DNA from: an uncultured Candidatus Saccharibacteria bacterium
GTDB lineage: Bacteria; Patescibacteriota; Minisyncoccia; Minisyncoccales; JAGGXC01
Reading direction: 5' to 3'
Length of the DNA stretch: 33,333 nucleotides
NCBI GenBank assembly: GCA_964391535.1
Contig: CAYMMJ010000002.1
Span: forward strand, 1 to 33,333
In this document: positions 17,301-26,299 of the stretch, one piece after another
Numbering within the stretch: position 1 is the first letter of the stretch
How the letters are laid out: each line of letters starts with the position of its first letter
Made by a program: the position numbers and the translations under genes
Notes under the pieces: model-generated
What the model was told of the DNA's origin: nothing
Database searches by the model: none
The model's input: only the letters and a program-made list of their open reading frames with translations

Positions 17301-17699
17301 ATGGAGCAAGCGTTTGAACGAAAGATTATATTTCACAAATTTATTGAGTGGTATTTTTTCGAACAGCCAAGGGCTATTATTAGGGGATGGAAAAATCTGC
17401 TTAAATTTAATTTAGAATATTTCTCGATCCCTTTACTTTTGAGGACTCTTTTTTCTCCTTGGAGGAGATACCGCTGGTCATATGGCCGCGGTTTTGATTT
17501 TAGAAGATACCTTGAAGCATTCGTTTCCAACGCTATCTCTCGAGGTCTTGGTGCAATTTTAAGAATATTCTTAATAATTATTGGTTTGGTATTAGAAATC
17601 CTTCTTTTAATTGGAGGAATTGTTGGATTGATTTTGTGGTTTATTTGGCCCTTAGTTTTAATTATAGTAATGGCTATCGGTGTGAAATTAATTGCCTAA
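17301..17699 (+). CDS. Small integral membrane protein, unknown function
   Basis: The track starts this ORF at GTG 17283. I prefer ATG 17301 (MEQAFERK...). The C-terminal half is strongly hydrophobic (two predicted TM helices). Its stop overlaps the next gene's start by 8 nt. Confidence 0.6.
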   Translation: MEQAFERKIIFHKFIEWYFFEQPRAIIRGWKNLLKFNLEYFSIPLLLRTLFSPWRRYRWSYGRGFDFRRYLEAFVSNAISRGLGAILRIFLIIIGLVLEILLLIGGIVGLILWFIWPLVLIIVMAIGVKLIA

Positions 17700-20250
17700 T
17701 ATGTTTAATTTTAATCTCAAAAAATCAGGAATTTATCAGGCAGTAAAGTGGCATAGAAGTTTTCGGTTAATTAAAGTAGGCACGAGAATTATTTTTGTGG
17801 TATTTCTAATTTTTGTTGTCCTTTTTATTTATGGCAAGATTAGCGGCAGGTTTTCAGAAAATACTCTCGAACTAAATTGGGTATTTTCGGTTTTGTTTTT
17901 CGGTCTTTTTGTTGCTGGTTGGATAAAGGAACTTTTCTTCGAACTAAAACTAAAACAGCCGAAATTAAGATATAGTATTGATGAAGTAATGCGTTCCCCC
18001 GCTCAGTTTAACCTTGCTGATTTTTTAGATTATCAAACAGGATTAGTTGTTTGGCAGGCTATTAAATTTGCTAAAGTAAGAAAGGTTCGCGAAGTAAATT
18101 CCTTTATTTTGGCTTATTTCCTTATAAAAAATAGTTCTGAGTTGAACTTTGTTTTTTCTCGTCTTCTTCTCCCAAAAGATGAAATAAAAAAGTTATTCAA
18201 GGATTATTTAAAGAAGTTAGAAAAGTCAAAATTTGAGGGAATATATTCTCAAGATTTTCAAAATACGATTTTTGAGGCTTTGCGCGTCGCCGGCAGAAAG
18301 TCTCATAAAAGGATTACTATAGAAGATATAATGACTGCTTTAGTTAAAGAAAACCCATTTTTGAAAAAAATATTAATTGATGCAGGCATAAAACAAAAAG
18401 ATGTAGAAAATTTAACTTGGTGGTTGGAATCTGTTAAAAAAGAAGTAGCCAAACAAAAGAAATTTTGGGATTGGGAAAACCTTATTAGGAAAGGAAGCAT
18501 TGCTAAAGATTGGGCCGCTGGTTATACAGTTACTTTAGATAAATTCTCTGTTGATTTATCTGAAGTAGCCAAACTAAGAGGATTTCCTGAGATAATAGGA
18601 CACAAAAAAGAACTTGCCCAAATGGAGAGGATTTTATCCCGGAGTGAAATAAATAATGTCTTGATTGTGGGAGAACCCGGGATGGGCAGAAAAACAATGA
18701 CTTTTGCTTTGGCAGAAAAAAGCGTTTTGGGAGAACTTCGTGACGAAGTTAATTACAAAAGAATAGTAGAACTAGACATATCGTCTGTGGCTGCTCAAGC
18801 CCAAGATTTAGAAGAAGCAGAATTTTTATTAGATAAAATTTTTCAAGAAGTAATCCAAGCAGGAAATGTAGTTTTGGTTATAGATGAGTTTCACAATTAT
18901 TTAGGAGGGGTTGCTCGCGCAGGAACAATAGATATATCGGGTGTAATTTCTAAATATCTTCACTTACCTCAGTTTCAAATTATTGCTATTACTACATATG
19001 CTGGCCTTCACAAATATATAGAACAAAATCCTTCAATTTTGTCTCTTTTTGAAAAAGTTGAGGTGTCGGAAATGTCAGAAGCAGAAACCTTGATGATATT
19101 AGAAAGAATGATATTTTCGTTCGAGAAAAAGTACAAATTGTTTGTTTCTTATCAAGCTATCCGTGATACTATTGCTTTTTGTGCAAAGTATATTCAGGAT
19201 ATTCCTTTTCCCAAAAAAGCAATTGATATGCTTGATGAAATTATGATATATACCTCTTCTCTTAAAGAAAAAGTTGTTCTTCCCAAGCATGTAGCAAAAG
19301 TTTTCACTGACAAAACAGAAATTCCTGTGGGAGAGATAAAAACAAAAGAAAAAGAAAAACTCCTAAACTTAGAAGAGTTAATTCACAAGAGAATTATAAA
19401 TCAAGAAGAGGCAGTAAAAGAGATAAGTGAAGCCTTGAGGAGAGCAAGAGTGGAAATTACCGCAAGGAAAGGTCCAATGGGAACCTTTTTGTTTCTTGGA
19501 CCAACTGGAGTAGGAAAAACAGAAACAGCAAAAGCACTATCAGAAATTTACTTTGGTTCCGAGGAGAAACTAATTAGGCTGGATATGTCAGAGTTTCAAT
19601 CTGTTGAAGATATTCCTCGTTTAATTGGCTCGCCGGGCCAAGAAGGCCTTTTAACTACAAAAGTAAGAGAGGATCCTTTTTCTCTTGTTCTTTTAGATGA
19701 ATTTGAGAAAGCTCATCCAAATATCTTGAACCTTTTTTTGCAAGTTTTAGATGAAGGACATTTAACAGACGGTTTGGGCAGAAAAGTAAGTTTCCAAAAT
19801 ACTATAGTCATTGCTACATCGAACGCAGGTTATCTTATTATTCTGGAAGCCATTCAGCAAAATATTGCATTTTCGGAAATAAAAGATAGACTTTTGGAAT
19901 TTATTTTCAAGAAAGGGATTTTCCGGCCAGAACTTGTTAATAGATTTGATGCTGTGGTAGTTTTCACTCCATTAAGCAAAGAAAATCTCTTAATGATAGC
20001 GGAACTTTTGCTTGCAAAATCAAGAAAAAATCTTTTAAAGAAAGACATTGAATTTATTATTACCCCTGAATTAAAAGAAAAAATTGTAGAATTGGGTTAC
20101 GATCCTACCTTCGGCGCTCGGGAAATGAGAAGGGTAATTCAAGATAAAGTAGAAAATGTTTTGGCGGAGGCCCTTCTGAGAGATGATATAAAGAGGGGAG
20201 ATAGGATAGCAATTGATCCCAAAGACTTTAGATTAATAATAAATCCATAA
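17692..20250 (+). CDS. Membrane-anchored ClpA/B/C-family double AAA+ ATPase
   Basis: 852 aa. Two N-terminal TM helices (IIFVVFLIFVVLFIYG, VFSVLFFGLFVAGWI). Clp_N-like repeats. D1 has GEPGMGRKT / VLVIDEFHN. D2 has the canonical GPTGVGKTETAKAL / LVLLDEFEKAHP / GAREMRR. Confidence 0.85.
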   Translation: MPNMFNFNLKKSGIYQAVKWHRSFRLIKVGTRIIFVVFLIFVVLFIYGKISGRFSENTLELNWVFSVLFFGLFVAGWIKELFFELKLKQPKLRYSIDEVMRSPAQFNLADFLDYQTGLVVWQAIKFAKVRKVREVNSFILAYFLIKNSSELNFVFSRLLLPKDEIKKLFKDYLKKLEKSKFEGIYSQDFQNTIFEALRVAGRKSHKRITIEDIMTALVKENPFLKKILIDAGIKQKDVENLTWWLESVKKEVAKQKKFWDWENLIRKGSIAKDWAAGYTVTLDKFSVDLSEVAKLRGFPEIIGHKKELAQMERILSRSEINNVLIVGEPGMGRKTMTFALAEKSVLGELRDEVNYKRIVELDISSVAAQAQDLEEAEFLLDKIFQEVIQAGNVVLVIDEFHNYLGGVARAGTIDISGVISKYLHLPQFQIIAITTYAGLHKYIEQNPSILSLFEKVEVSEMSEAETLMILERMIFSFEKKYKLFVSYQAIRDTIAFCAKYIQDIPFPKKAIDMLDEIMIYTSSLKEKVVLPKHVAKVFTDKTEIPVGEIKTKEKEKLLNLEELIHKRIINQEEAVKEISEALRRARVEITARKGPMGTFLFLGPTGVGKTETAKALSEIYFGSEEKLIRLDMSEFQSVEDIPRLIGSPGQEGLLTTKVREDPFSLVLLDEFEKAHPNILNLFLQVLDEGHLTDGLGRKVSFQNTIVIATSNAGYLIILEAIQQNIAFSEIKDRLLEFIFKKGIFRPELVNRFDAVVVFTPLSKENLLMIAELLLAKSRKNLLKKDIEFIITPELKEKIVELGYDPTFGAREMRRVIQDKVENVLAEALLRDDIKRGDRIAIDPKDFRLIINP

Positions 20251-20291
20251 ATAAAAAGGTCGGCATTACTAACTTTAAAATTAGAAAAATT

Positions 20292-21524
20292 ATGAAAAAA
20301 ATAGTTGTTGGCATTGGAGCGGTAATTGTAGTTGTTGGAGTAGTATTGGGCTCTCTTTACACTCAAACGTGGAACCCGGTATGGAATCCTTTTAGACCGG
20401 CGCCCGAAGAGGTAATATCAGAAATGATTGAAAAAATGCAGACCCTTGATAGCGTTCATAGTGACTATTTGATAAGCGCCCAAATAAAAGAGAGGGGAGA
20501 TTCTTTGGTAGTAAAAGCTGGTTCAGACATTGATCAAAAAGATAAAGAAAATTTAAAAGAACATTCAAATATTGACATTACACTTTCTTTTAAGGGAAGT
20601 GATTATCCTATTTCGTTAGAGACAATAAACGTCGGAGAAGATTCTTACCTAAAAGTAAAAACAATACCTGATTTATCTGCCTTACTTTCTCTCTTTCCAG
20701 AATCTCAACAAGAAGCGGCCTTATTTTCTTCGGTTTTTGGTTCCATAAAAGATGAAATTCAAGGAAAATGGATAAAGGTGGACAAGGAAAGTATAAAGGA
20801 GCTTTATGAAGAAATGGGTGTCTCTTATTCAGAACAAGAATTGGGAAGCTTATCAGGGTCTCAACAGAAAGAATTGCAAGATAAACTTACTCAACTTTTG
20901 GAAAACAAAAAACTTTATTATGTTGACAAAGAACTCCCTGATGAAAAAATAGGTAATGTAAAAGTTTATCATTATCGTTTGGTTATAGATAAAGAAGGTC
21001 TAAAAAGTTTGATTCCTGAGTTTCTTAGAACAGTAATGAATTATTCTTCTTCGTCATTAATGGAAGAAGGAATATCTTCTGAAGAAGCAAAGAAAGCTGT
21101 GGAAGAGATGGATTTTCCTTTACTTATAGATAAGTTTTTTGAGAAAGTAGGAGACATAAGATATGAATTATGGATAGGTCAAAAAGATAAATATCTCTAT
21201 CGGGCTGAGTCTAATAAGGAAGTTGATTTGAAAAAACTCAAGGAGGCATTATTGGAATACACTCAAGAAATTGCTTCAAGGAAAGGGGAAGAGGTTGGAG
21301 AGGAAGATATTCAGGCAATGGAAAAGTTTCTTCAGGGAACTGCTTTGATCTCGGTAAAGATAGATCTTTCTAATTTTAACAAAGTTGAAAATATACAGAC
21401 TCCCAATGAGTTCTTGACTATAAAAGAAGTAATGCAGAATGTCGTAAGAAAAATCTTTCTTGATATGATGATGCAGCAAGGTTTTCAAGGAGAAATTCCC
21501 GGAGCAAATATGCCTATTCAGTAA
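20292..21524 (+). CDS. Hypothetical membrane-anchored/exported protein
   Basis: 410 aa. N-terminal anchor IVVGIGAVIVVVGVVLGSLY, then a hydrophilic, Glu/Lys-rich body. I recognise no motif. Confidence 0.6.
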   Translation: MKKIVVGIGAVIVVVGVVLGSLYTQTWNPVWNPFRPAPEEVISEMIEKMQTLDSVHSDYLISAQIKERGDSLVVKAGSDIDQKDKENLKEHSNIDITLSFKGSDYPISLETINVGEDSYLKVKTIPDLSALLSLFPESQQEAALFSSVFGSIKDEIQGKWIKVDKESIKELYEEMGVSYSEQELGSLSGSQQKELQDKLTQLLENKKLYYVDKELPDEKIGNVKVYHYRLVIDKEGLKSLIPEFLRTVMNYSSSSLMEEGISSEEAKKAVEEMDFPLLIDKFFEKVGDIRYELWIGQKDKYLYRAESNKEVDLKKLKEALLEYTQEIASRKGEEVGEEDIQAMEKFLQGTALISVKIDLSNFNKVENIQTPNEFLTIKEVMQNVVRKIFLDMMMQQGFQGEIPGANMPIQ

Positions 21525-21542
21525 TTCTGGGTAGGTTAGTTT

Positions 21543-21575
21543 CTCAAAACAGCCGCTTTTAGCGGCTGTTTTGAG
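21543..21575 (+). terminator. Rho-independent terminator
   Basis: Perfect 14-bp stem ctcaaaacagccgc (21543-21556) / gcggctgttttgag (21562-21575) with a 5-nt loop. Confidence 0.75.
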
Positions 21576-21587
21576 TTGGGGATAATT

Positions 21588-21701
21588 TGTGGACAATTGT
21601 GCTTGTTTTTGGTGTTGACATAAACATCAAAGTGGGATATTTTGTAATTGTAAAGGATAATTGTGGATAAATGTGGGAAAACGTCCCAGATTTGTGGAAA
21701 A
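21588..21701 (+). promoter_or_regulatory. Array of co-oriented, helically phased (T)GTGG(A/G) repeats: probable MraZ operator
   Basis: TGTGGACAA 21588-21596, AGTGGGATA 21631-21639, TGTGGATAA 21662-21670, TGTGGGAAA 21672-21680, TGTGGAAAA 21693-21701. All are on the same strand, with core-to-core spacings of 43, 31, 10 and 21 nt. They lie immediately upstream of mraZ. Confidence 0.6.
21615..21643 (+). promoter_or_regulatory. Candidate dcw/mraZ promoter (TTGACA - 17 nt - TATTTT)
   Basis: ttgaca at 21615-21620 and tatttt at 21638-21643. One of the GTGG repeats overlaps it. Confidence 0.4.
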
Positions 21702-21708
21702 CTAAATT

Positions 21709-22140
21709 ATGTTTATAGGAGAATTCTCACATACTATTGATTCAAAAAAACGCCTAGCTATTCCGTCAAAGTTTAGAAAAGACCTTGGCAAAAGAGCAGT
21801 AATAACTCGCGGTATTGATAATTGCTTAGTTATCTATCCTACAAAAGAATGGGGGATTCTAGCGAAGAAGTTAGGATCGTTGCCGTCAAGCCAAATTGAT
21901 GCTCGTCGTTTCGCAAGGATAATGCTGGCGGGAGCAATGGATGTAAACTTGGATAATCTGGGACGAATTTTAATTCCTGATTATCTAAAAAATTATGCTT
22001 CCTTGAAAAAAAATGTAGTGGTGATCGGACTTTTTAATCGTCTGGAAATTTGGGATGAGAAGAAGTGGCAGGAATACAAGAAGAAAACAGAAAATGTAGT
22101 AGGAGACATAGCCGAACGTCTTAAAGAATTAGGGGTTTAA
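21709..22140 (+). CDS. mraZ: Transcriptional regulator MraZ
   Basis: 143 aa. MFIGEFSHTIDSKKRLAIPSKFR and a second half-domain DNLGRILIP. First gene of the dcw cluster. Confidence 0.95.
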   Translation: MFIGEFSHTIDSKKRLAIPSKFRKDLGKRAVITRGIDNCLVIYPTKEWGILAKKLGSLPSSQIDARRFARIMLAGAMDVNLDNLGRILIPDYLKNYASLKKNVVVIGLFNRLEIWDEKKWQEYKKKTENVVGDIAERLKELGV

Positions 22141-22141
22141 A

Positions 22142-23032
22142 ATGCACATTCCTGTTCTTCAAAAAGAAGTTATAAAGTATCTCGATGCAGAACCCAATAA
22201 GAATTTTATTGACGCAACAGTAGGTGAAGGTGGTCATTCTTTGGAAATTATAAAAAGGACGGCTCCTTTTGGAAAAGTGCTTGGGATTGACTGGGATCCG
22301 CAAGTAGTCAATCGGCTGAAAGAAAAAATCAAAAGACTTGGAATTGAGAACAGATTTATTGTTGTGTGTAAAAACTTCGCTGACTTAGGAGAGATTGCAG
22401 AAGAGTATAAGTTCCAGGCGAACGGTATCTTGTTTGACCTTGGATTTCTGAGTTGGCATGTTGAGGAGAGTAAAAGAGGATTCTCTTTTCAGAAGAACCA
22501 AAAGCTCGATATGAGATATAATCCGAAAGACAATCCGCTGACAGCTCAAGAAATTGTAAATAAATTTTCTTCCCAAAAAATAGCAGAGATCATTAAAAAA
22601 TACGGGGAGGAAAAATTTGCTGGAAGAATTGCCAAAAAAATAGAGGAAGAAAGGAAAAAACAGCCGATAGAAAACACCAGTCAGTTGGTAGAAATAATAA
22701 GAAGAGCGACTCCTTATTGGTATCATCACAGAAGAATTCACTTTGCCACTAGAACATTTCAGGCGTTAAGAATTGCAGTCAATAGCGAGTTAGAGAACCT
22801 TAGAAAAGCCCTGTTTCAAGTTCCTCAAGTTCTGCAACCCGGCGGAAGATTAGTAGTAATTTCATTTCATTCTTTGGAAGATCGTATTGTGAAACAGTTT
22901 TTAAAAAATCAGGCTAAGGAGGGGTCACTTAAAATACTTACCAAAAAACCCAAGATTCCAAAATCTGATGAAATAAAAATAAATCCTCGTTGTCGGTCGG
23001 CAAAATTACGAGCAGCCAAAAAAATAAAATAA
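22142..23032 (+). CDS. rsmH: 16S rRNA (cytosine1402-N4)-methyltransferase RsmH/MraW
   Basis: 296 aa. HIPVL, DATVGEGGHS, FDLGF, ISFHSLEDRIVK, NPRCRSAKLRAA. Confidence 0.93.
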   Translation: MHIPVLQKEVIKYLDAEPNKNFIDATVGEGGHSLEIIKRTAPFGKVLGIDWDPQVVNRLKEKIKRLGIENRFIVVCKNFADLGEIAEEYKFQANGILFDLGFLSWHVEESKRGFSFQKNQKLDMRYNPKDNPLTAQEIVNKFSSQKIAEIIKKYGEEKFAGRIAKKIEEERKKQPIENTSQLVEIIRRATPYWYHHRRIHFATRTFQALRIAVNSELENLRKALFQVPQVLQPGGRLVVISFHSLEDRIVKQFLKNQAKEGSLKILTKKPKIPKSDEIKINPRCRSAKLRAAKKIK

Positions 23033-23036
23033 AAAT

Positions 23037-23357
23037 ATGAAAAAGAGATTCGCAAAAAATCACTCCAACATCTTAAATCGTTCTAATTTATTTTCAATTA
23101 CTATTTTTTCTTTATTAATTTTTCTCATTTGTTTGCATATTTTTCAATCAAGTTTAATAGTAAAATCCTCTTTTTTAATCGATAAATACGAGAAAGAAGT
23201 AAAGAATCTTTCTGATCAAAACAAAAATTTAGAAATAGTATTTTCTCAAAAAAATTCTCTTAGAGGATTTGAAAATCGATTAGAGAAAACAGGTTTTGAA
23301 AAAATTACCAAAATAGATTACATCAGAGTTATGGAAGGATCGGTGGCTGCTAAATAA
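23037..23357 (+). CDS. ftsL: FtsL-like cell-division protein (bitopic, coiled coil)
   Basis: 106 aa with a single TM helix (LFSITIFSLLIFLICLHIF) followed by a coiled-coil-like segment. Called mainly from its position between rsmH and ftsI. Confidence 0.55.
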   Translation: MKKRFAKNHSNILNRSNLFSITIFSLLIFLICLHIFQSSLIVKSSFLIDKYEKEVKNLSDQNKNLEIVFSQKNSLRGFENRLEKTGFEKITKIDYIRVMEGSVAAK

Positions 23358-23375
23358 AGATTTTAGTGAATTATT

Positions 23376-25079
23376 ATGGGCGCTAGACGTATTAACATAG
23401 TTTTATTTTTGGTGATTATTTTCGGAGCGACTATTATTGGTCGCTTGGTTTATATCCAAATCCTTAAACATAATTTTTATCAAGCATTGGCTAAAGGGCA
23501 GCATAAATTATTGCGGTCCGTTGAACCAGACAGGGGAGAAATTTTCGCTCAAGACAAAGATGGTAATTTTTATATTTTAGCCACTAATAAAGAGACAAAA
23601 TTTGTTTTTGTTATTCCTGACAAAATTAAAGACAAGGAGAAAACAGTTACTGATTTATCCAATATTCTTGATTTAGAAAAGGATGAAGTTATGAAAAAAA
23701 TTGAAAAGACAGATGAACCTTTTGTGGTGATAAAAAAGGAATTAAACGACCAAGAAATTGAAAAGATTAAGAAACTTAACCAGAAAGGAGTTTATTTAGA
23801 GACAGAGATTCATCGGTATTACCCTCATGAAGAATTAGCTTCATATGTATTGGGATTTGTGGGAGGAGAGGGAGTTGGTCAATATGGACTTGAAGGTTTT
23901 TGGGAAGACCAATTAAGAGGAGAGGAAGGAGTTATATCAGGGGAAAAAAGCGCAAGAGGAAAAATAATCTTTTTTGATCCAAAAGAATCTCTTCTGCCTG
24001 AGGAAGGATCCAGTTTAGTATTGACAATAGATTCCAATATTCAGTTTCAGGCACAAGATTTACTAAAAAAAGCAAGAGAAAATTTAGAGTTCGAAAACGG
24101 CCAAATTATAGTTTACAATCCTCAAAATGGAGAAATTCTTGCTGCTGCTTCCGTTCCTGGTTTTAATCCAAACAGATATTCTGATTATGAACTTTCGGTT
24201 TTTGTAAATCCGTTTTCTCAGAAGTTCTTTGAGCCTGGCTCGGTGTTTAAACCCATTACTTTAGCCTCAGCAATGGAAGAGGGGAAAATAACACCTCAAA
24301 CTACTTATGTAGACGAAGGATTTGTGAAAGTAGGAGGAATTAGGGTTTATAATTATAATAAGCGTTCTTATGGAGAATGTACTATGACCGAAGTGCTCGA
24401 GAAATCAATAAATACAGGAGCGGTATTTGCTCAGCAACAAATTTCTCATCAAACTTTCCTTAATTACATAAAAAAATTTGGCATTTTTGATAAAACCGGT
24501 GTAGATCTTCAAGGGGAAGTTGCTTCTCAAAACGAAGAATTAAAGAAAGGATACGAAATTAACTTTGTTACTGCTTCCTTTGGACAAGGAGTTGAGATGA
24601 CTCCGATTCAGCTTGTAAGGGCTTTTGGGGTATTTGCTACTGGCGGGAAATTATTAAAACCTCATTTTGTTAAAAAAGTTATAAATTCTAACGGAACAGA
24701 AACAGAAATTAAACCAGAAATTCAGAACCCTCATGTCATTTCTCAAAAAACTGCTTCTCAAATAACAGCTATGCTAGTAAGTGTAGTCGAGAACGGATTT
24801 GGGAAAAGAGCCAGAGTTCCTGGTTATTATGTTGCTGGTAAGACAGGAACAGCTCAGGTACCTTGGTCATCTTTGGGAATAAATAAATCAGGTTATTCTG
24901 ATAAAACAATTCAAACATTTATTGGTTTTGCGCCAGCGTTTGATCCTAAATTTTTGATTTTAGTAAAATTAGATAATCCGAAAACCAGAACTGCTGAATA
25001 TTCTGCTGCTCCTTTATTCAAGGAAATGGCTGAGTATATCATTGATTATTATCAAATCCCCCCTGATTATGAGGAATAA
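23376..25079 (+). CDS. ftsI: Class B penicillin-binding protein / peptidoglycan D,D-transpeptidase (FtsI-like)
   Basis: 567 aa. N-terminal TM helix and PBP dimerisation region. SVFK (SxxK), SIN (SxN), KTGTA. Confidence 0.9.
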   Translation: MGARRINIVLFLVIIFGATIIGRLVYIQILKHNFYQALAKGQHKLLRSVEPDRGEIFAQDKDGNFYILATNKETKFVFVIPDKIKDKEKTVTDLSNILDLEKDEVMKKIEKTDEPFVVIKKELNDQEIEKIKKLNQKGVYLETEIHRYYPHEELASYVLGFVGGEGVGQYGLEGFWEDQLRGEEGVISGEKSARGKIIFFDPKESLLPEEGSSLVLTIDSNIQFQAQDLLKKARENLEFENGQIIVYNPQNGEILAAASVPGFNPNRYSDYELSVFVNPFSQKFFEPGSVFKPITLASAMEEGKITPQTTYVDEGFVKVGGIRVYNYNKRSYGECTMTEVLEKSINTGAVFAQQQISHQTFLNYIKKFGIFDKTGVDLQGEVASQNEELKKGYEINFVTASFGQGVEMTPIQLVRAFGVFATGGKLLKPHFVKKVINSNGTETEIKPEIQNPHVISQKTASQITAMLVSVVENGFGKRARVPGYYVAGKTGTAQVPWSSLGINKSGYSDKTIQTFIGFAPAFDPKFLILVKLDNPKTRTAEYSAAPLFKEMAEYIIDYYQIPPDYEE

Positions 25080-25088
25080 ACAACATTT

Positions 25089-26183
25089 ATGCTAAATTTA
25101 TCAAAAAATATTCCATTTTTAAAGAAGTCTTGGGCAATAATAGTTGTTGGCGAGAATAAAGCTACCACAAGCGAGGCAATTTTTAGGGTATTGAGAAAAT
25201 ATCTTAGGACAAAAAAGATAAAAGAAAAACCATCAATTCTTAGTTCTGCGGGCGTTGAAGTTTTGGTTTTTGAGGCACAAGAACTAACGGAAGCAGAGAA
25301 ATTGATTAAAAAGACCAGAAATCCTATCTTAATTGTTACTGCTCTTGGAGATATTCCTCCTGATCACGATTTCTTTGCTTCGGATTTAAATAAGGCAATT
25401 CCAATAATTAAACTTGCCGGAGTTATGCCCCCTTTTGGATATTTAGTCCTAAATTTTGATGATGAAACAGTAAGAGATATAAAGAGCAAAACCTCAGCCT
25501 GGACATTTACTTTTGGTTTTCAGGATAATGCAGATTTTCGGGCAACAGATGTAAAACTAAATGGGGGTACGAATTTTAAGATAAATCATAGAGGTAATAC
25601 AGTGCCTGTTTGGCTAAATGGAATTTTCGGCAAAGAGCAAATTTATTCAGCCCTAGCAGCGTCTGTAGTGGGAGAAATTTTGAAAATAAATCTAGTAAAA
25701 ATTTCCGAAGGATTAAAAGAATATAAAAGTTTGCCTGGAAAGATGAGGATGATTAAAGGGATAGATAATACTTGGATATTGGATGATTCAGAATCGGCTA
25801 CTGCTTTTTCTATGATAGAGGCTTTGGATATATTGAAAGAATTAAGAACAGAGAACTTTTCTGATTTTAAAACAGGAAAAAAAATAGCGGTTCTTGGAGA
25901 TGTAATAGGAATTGGAAAATATACAATTGAAGCCCATGAGACAATAGGAGAGAAGGTAGTTGAGTCCGCTGATTTGTTGTTTACAATTGGGCCAAGAGCA
26001 AAATTTATTGCCAGTGGTGCGTTTGAGAAAGGAATGTCTCAAGAAAAAATTTTTCAGTTTGACACAGTAGAGAAAGCAATTCAGTCTTTGCGAGAGAAAA
26101 TTAAGAAAGGAGACTTGGTTTTAGTAGACGGCTCAAAAGAAATGCAGATGCAAAAAATAATTGAAGCATTAGAAAGCCGATAG
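25089..26183 (+). CDS. Short MurF-like Mur ligase-family protein with a non-canonical P-loop
   Basis: 364 aa. Central and C-terminal Mur ligase pattern (LNFDDE, GKEQIYSALAA, LPGKMRMI, ILDDSESATAFSMIEAL, IAVLGDVIGIGKYTIEAH, LVLVDGSKEM). The ATP-binding loop reads GENKATT instead of G(S/T)NGKTT, and there is no N-terminal domain. Confidence 0.6.
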   Translation: MLNLSKNIPFLKKSWAIIVVGENKATTSEAIFRVLRKYLRTKKIKEKPSILSSAGVEVLVFEAQELTEAEKLIKKTRNPILIVTALGDIPPDHDFFASDLNKAIPIIKLAGVMPPFGYLVLNFDDETVRDIKSKTSAWTFTFGFQDNADFRATDVKLNGGTNFKINHRGNTVPVWLNGIFGKEQIYSALAASVVGEILKINLVKISEGLKEYKSLPGKMRMIKGIDNTWILDDSESATAFSMIEALDILKELRTENFSDFKTGKKIAVLGDVIGIGKYTIEAHETIGEKVVESADLLFTIGPRAKFIASGAFEKGMSQEKIFQFDTVEKAIQSLREKIKKGDLVLVDGSKEMQMQKIIEALESR

Positions 26184-26226
26184 ACAAATTATTAGGATTA
26201 TGATAAGAAATAATAAATTGTGATTC

Positions 26227-26299
26227 GGCCTCGTCATCTAGCGGTTCAGGATACATGGTTCTCAACCATGTCACACGGGTTCGAATCCCGTCGAGGCCA
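26227..26299 (+). tRNA. tRNA-Glu (anticodon CUC)
   Basis: Hand-folded cloverleaf. Acceptor GGCCTCG/CGAGGCC, D-arm ATCT-AGCGGTTCA-GGAT, anticodon arm CATGG-TTCTCAA-CCATG (anticodon CTC at 26261-26263), 4-nt variable loop, T-arm ACGGG-TTCGAAT-CCCGT, discriminator A. CCA is not encoded. Confidence 0.9.

Noticed and set aside
21588-21701. A cluster of DnaA-box-like 9-mers (one perfect TGTGGATAA) that could mark the chromosomal replication origin.
   Set aside because: There is no dnaA/dnaN or other origin-linked gene nearby. Gene orientation does not switch (all genes on both sides are on +). I saw no obvious AT-rich 13-mer unwinding repeats. The position directly in front of mraZ, with 10-bp phasing, fits the known MraZ operator architecture better. 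It is kept as a secondary possibility in the findings.
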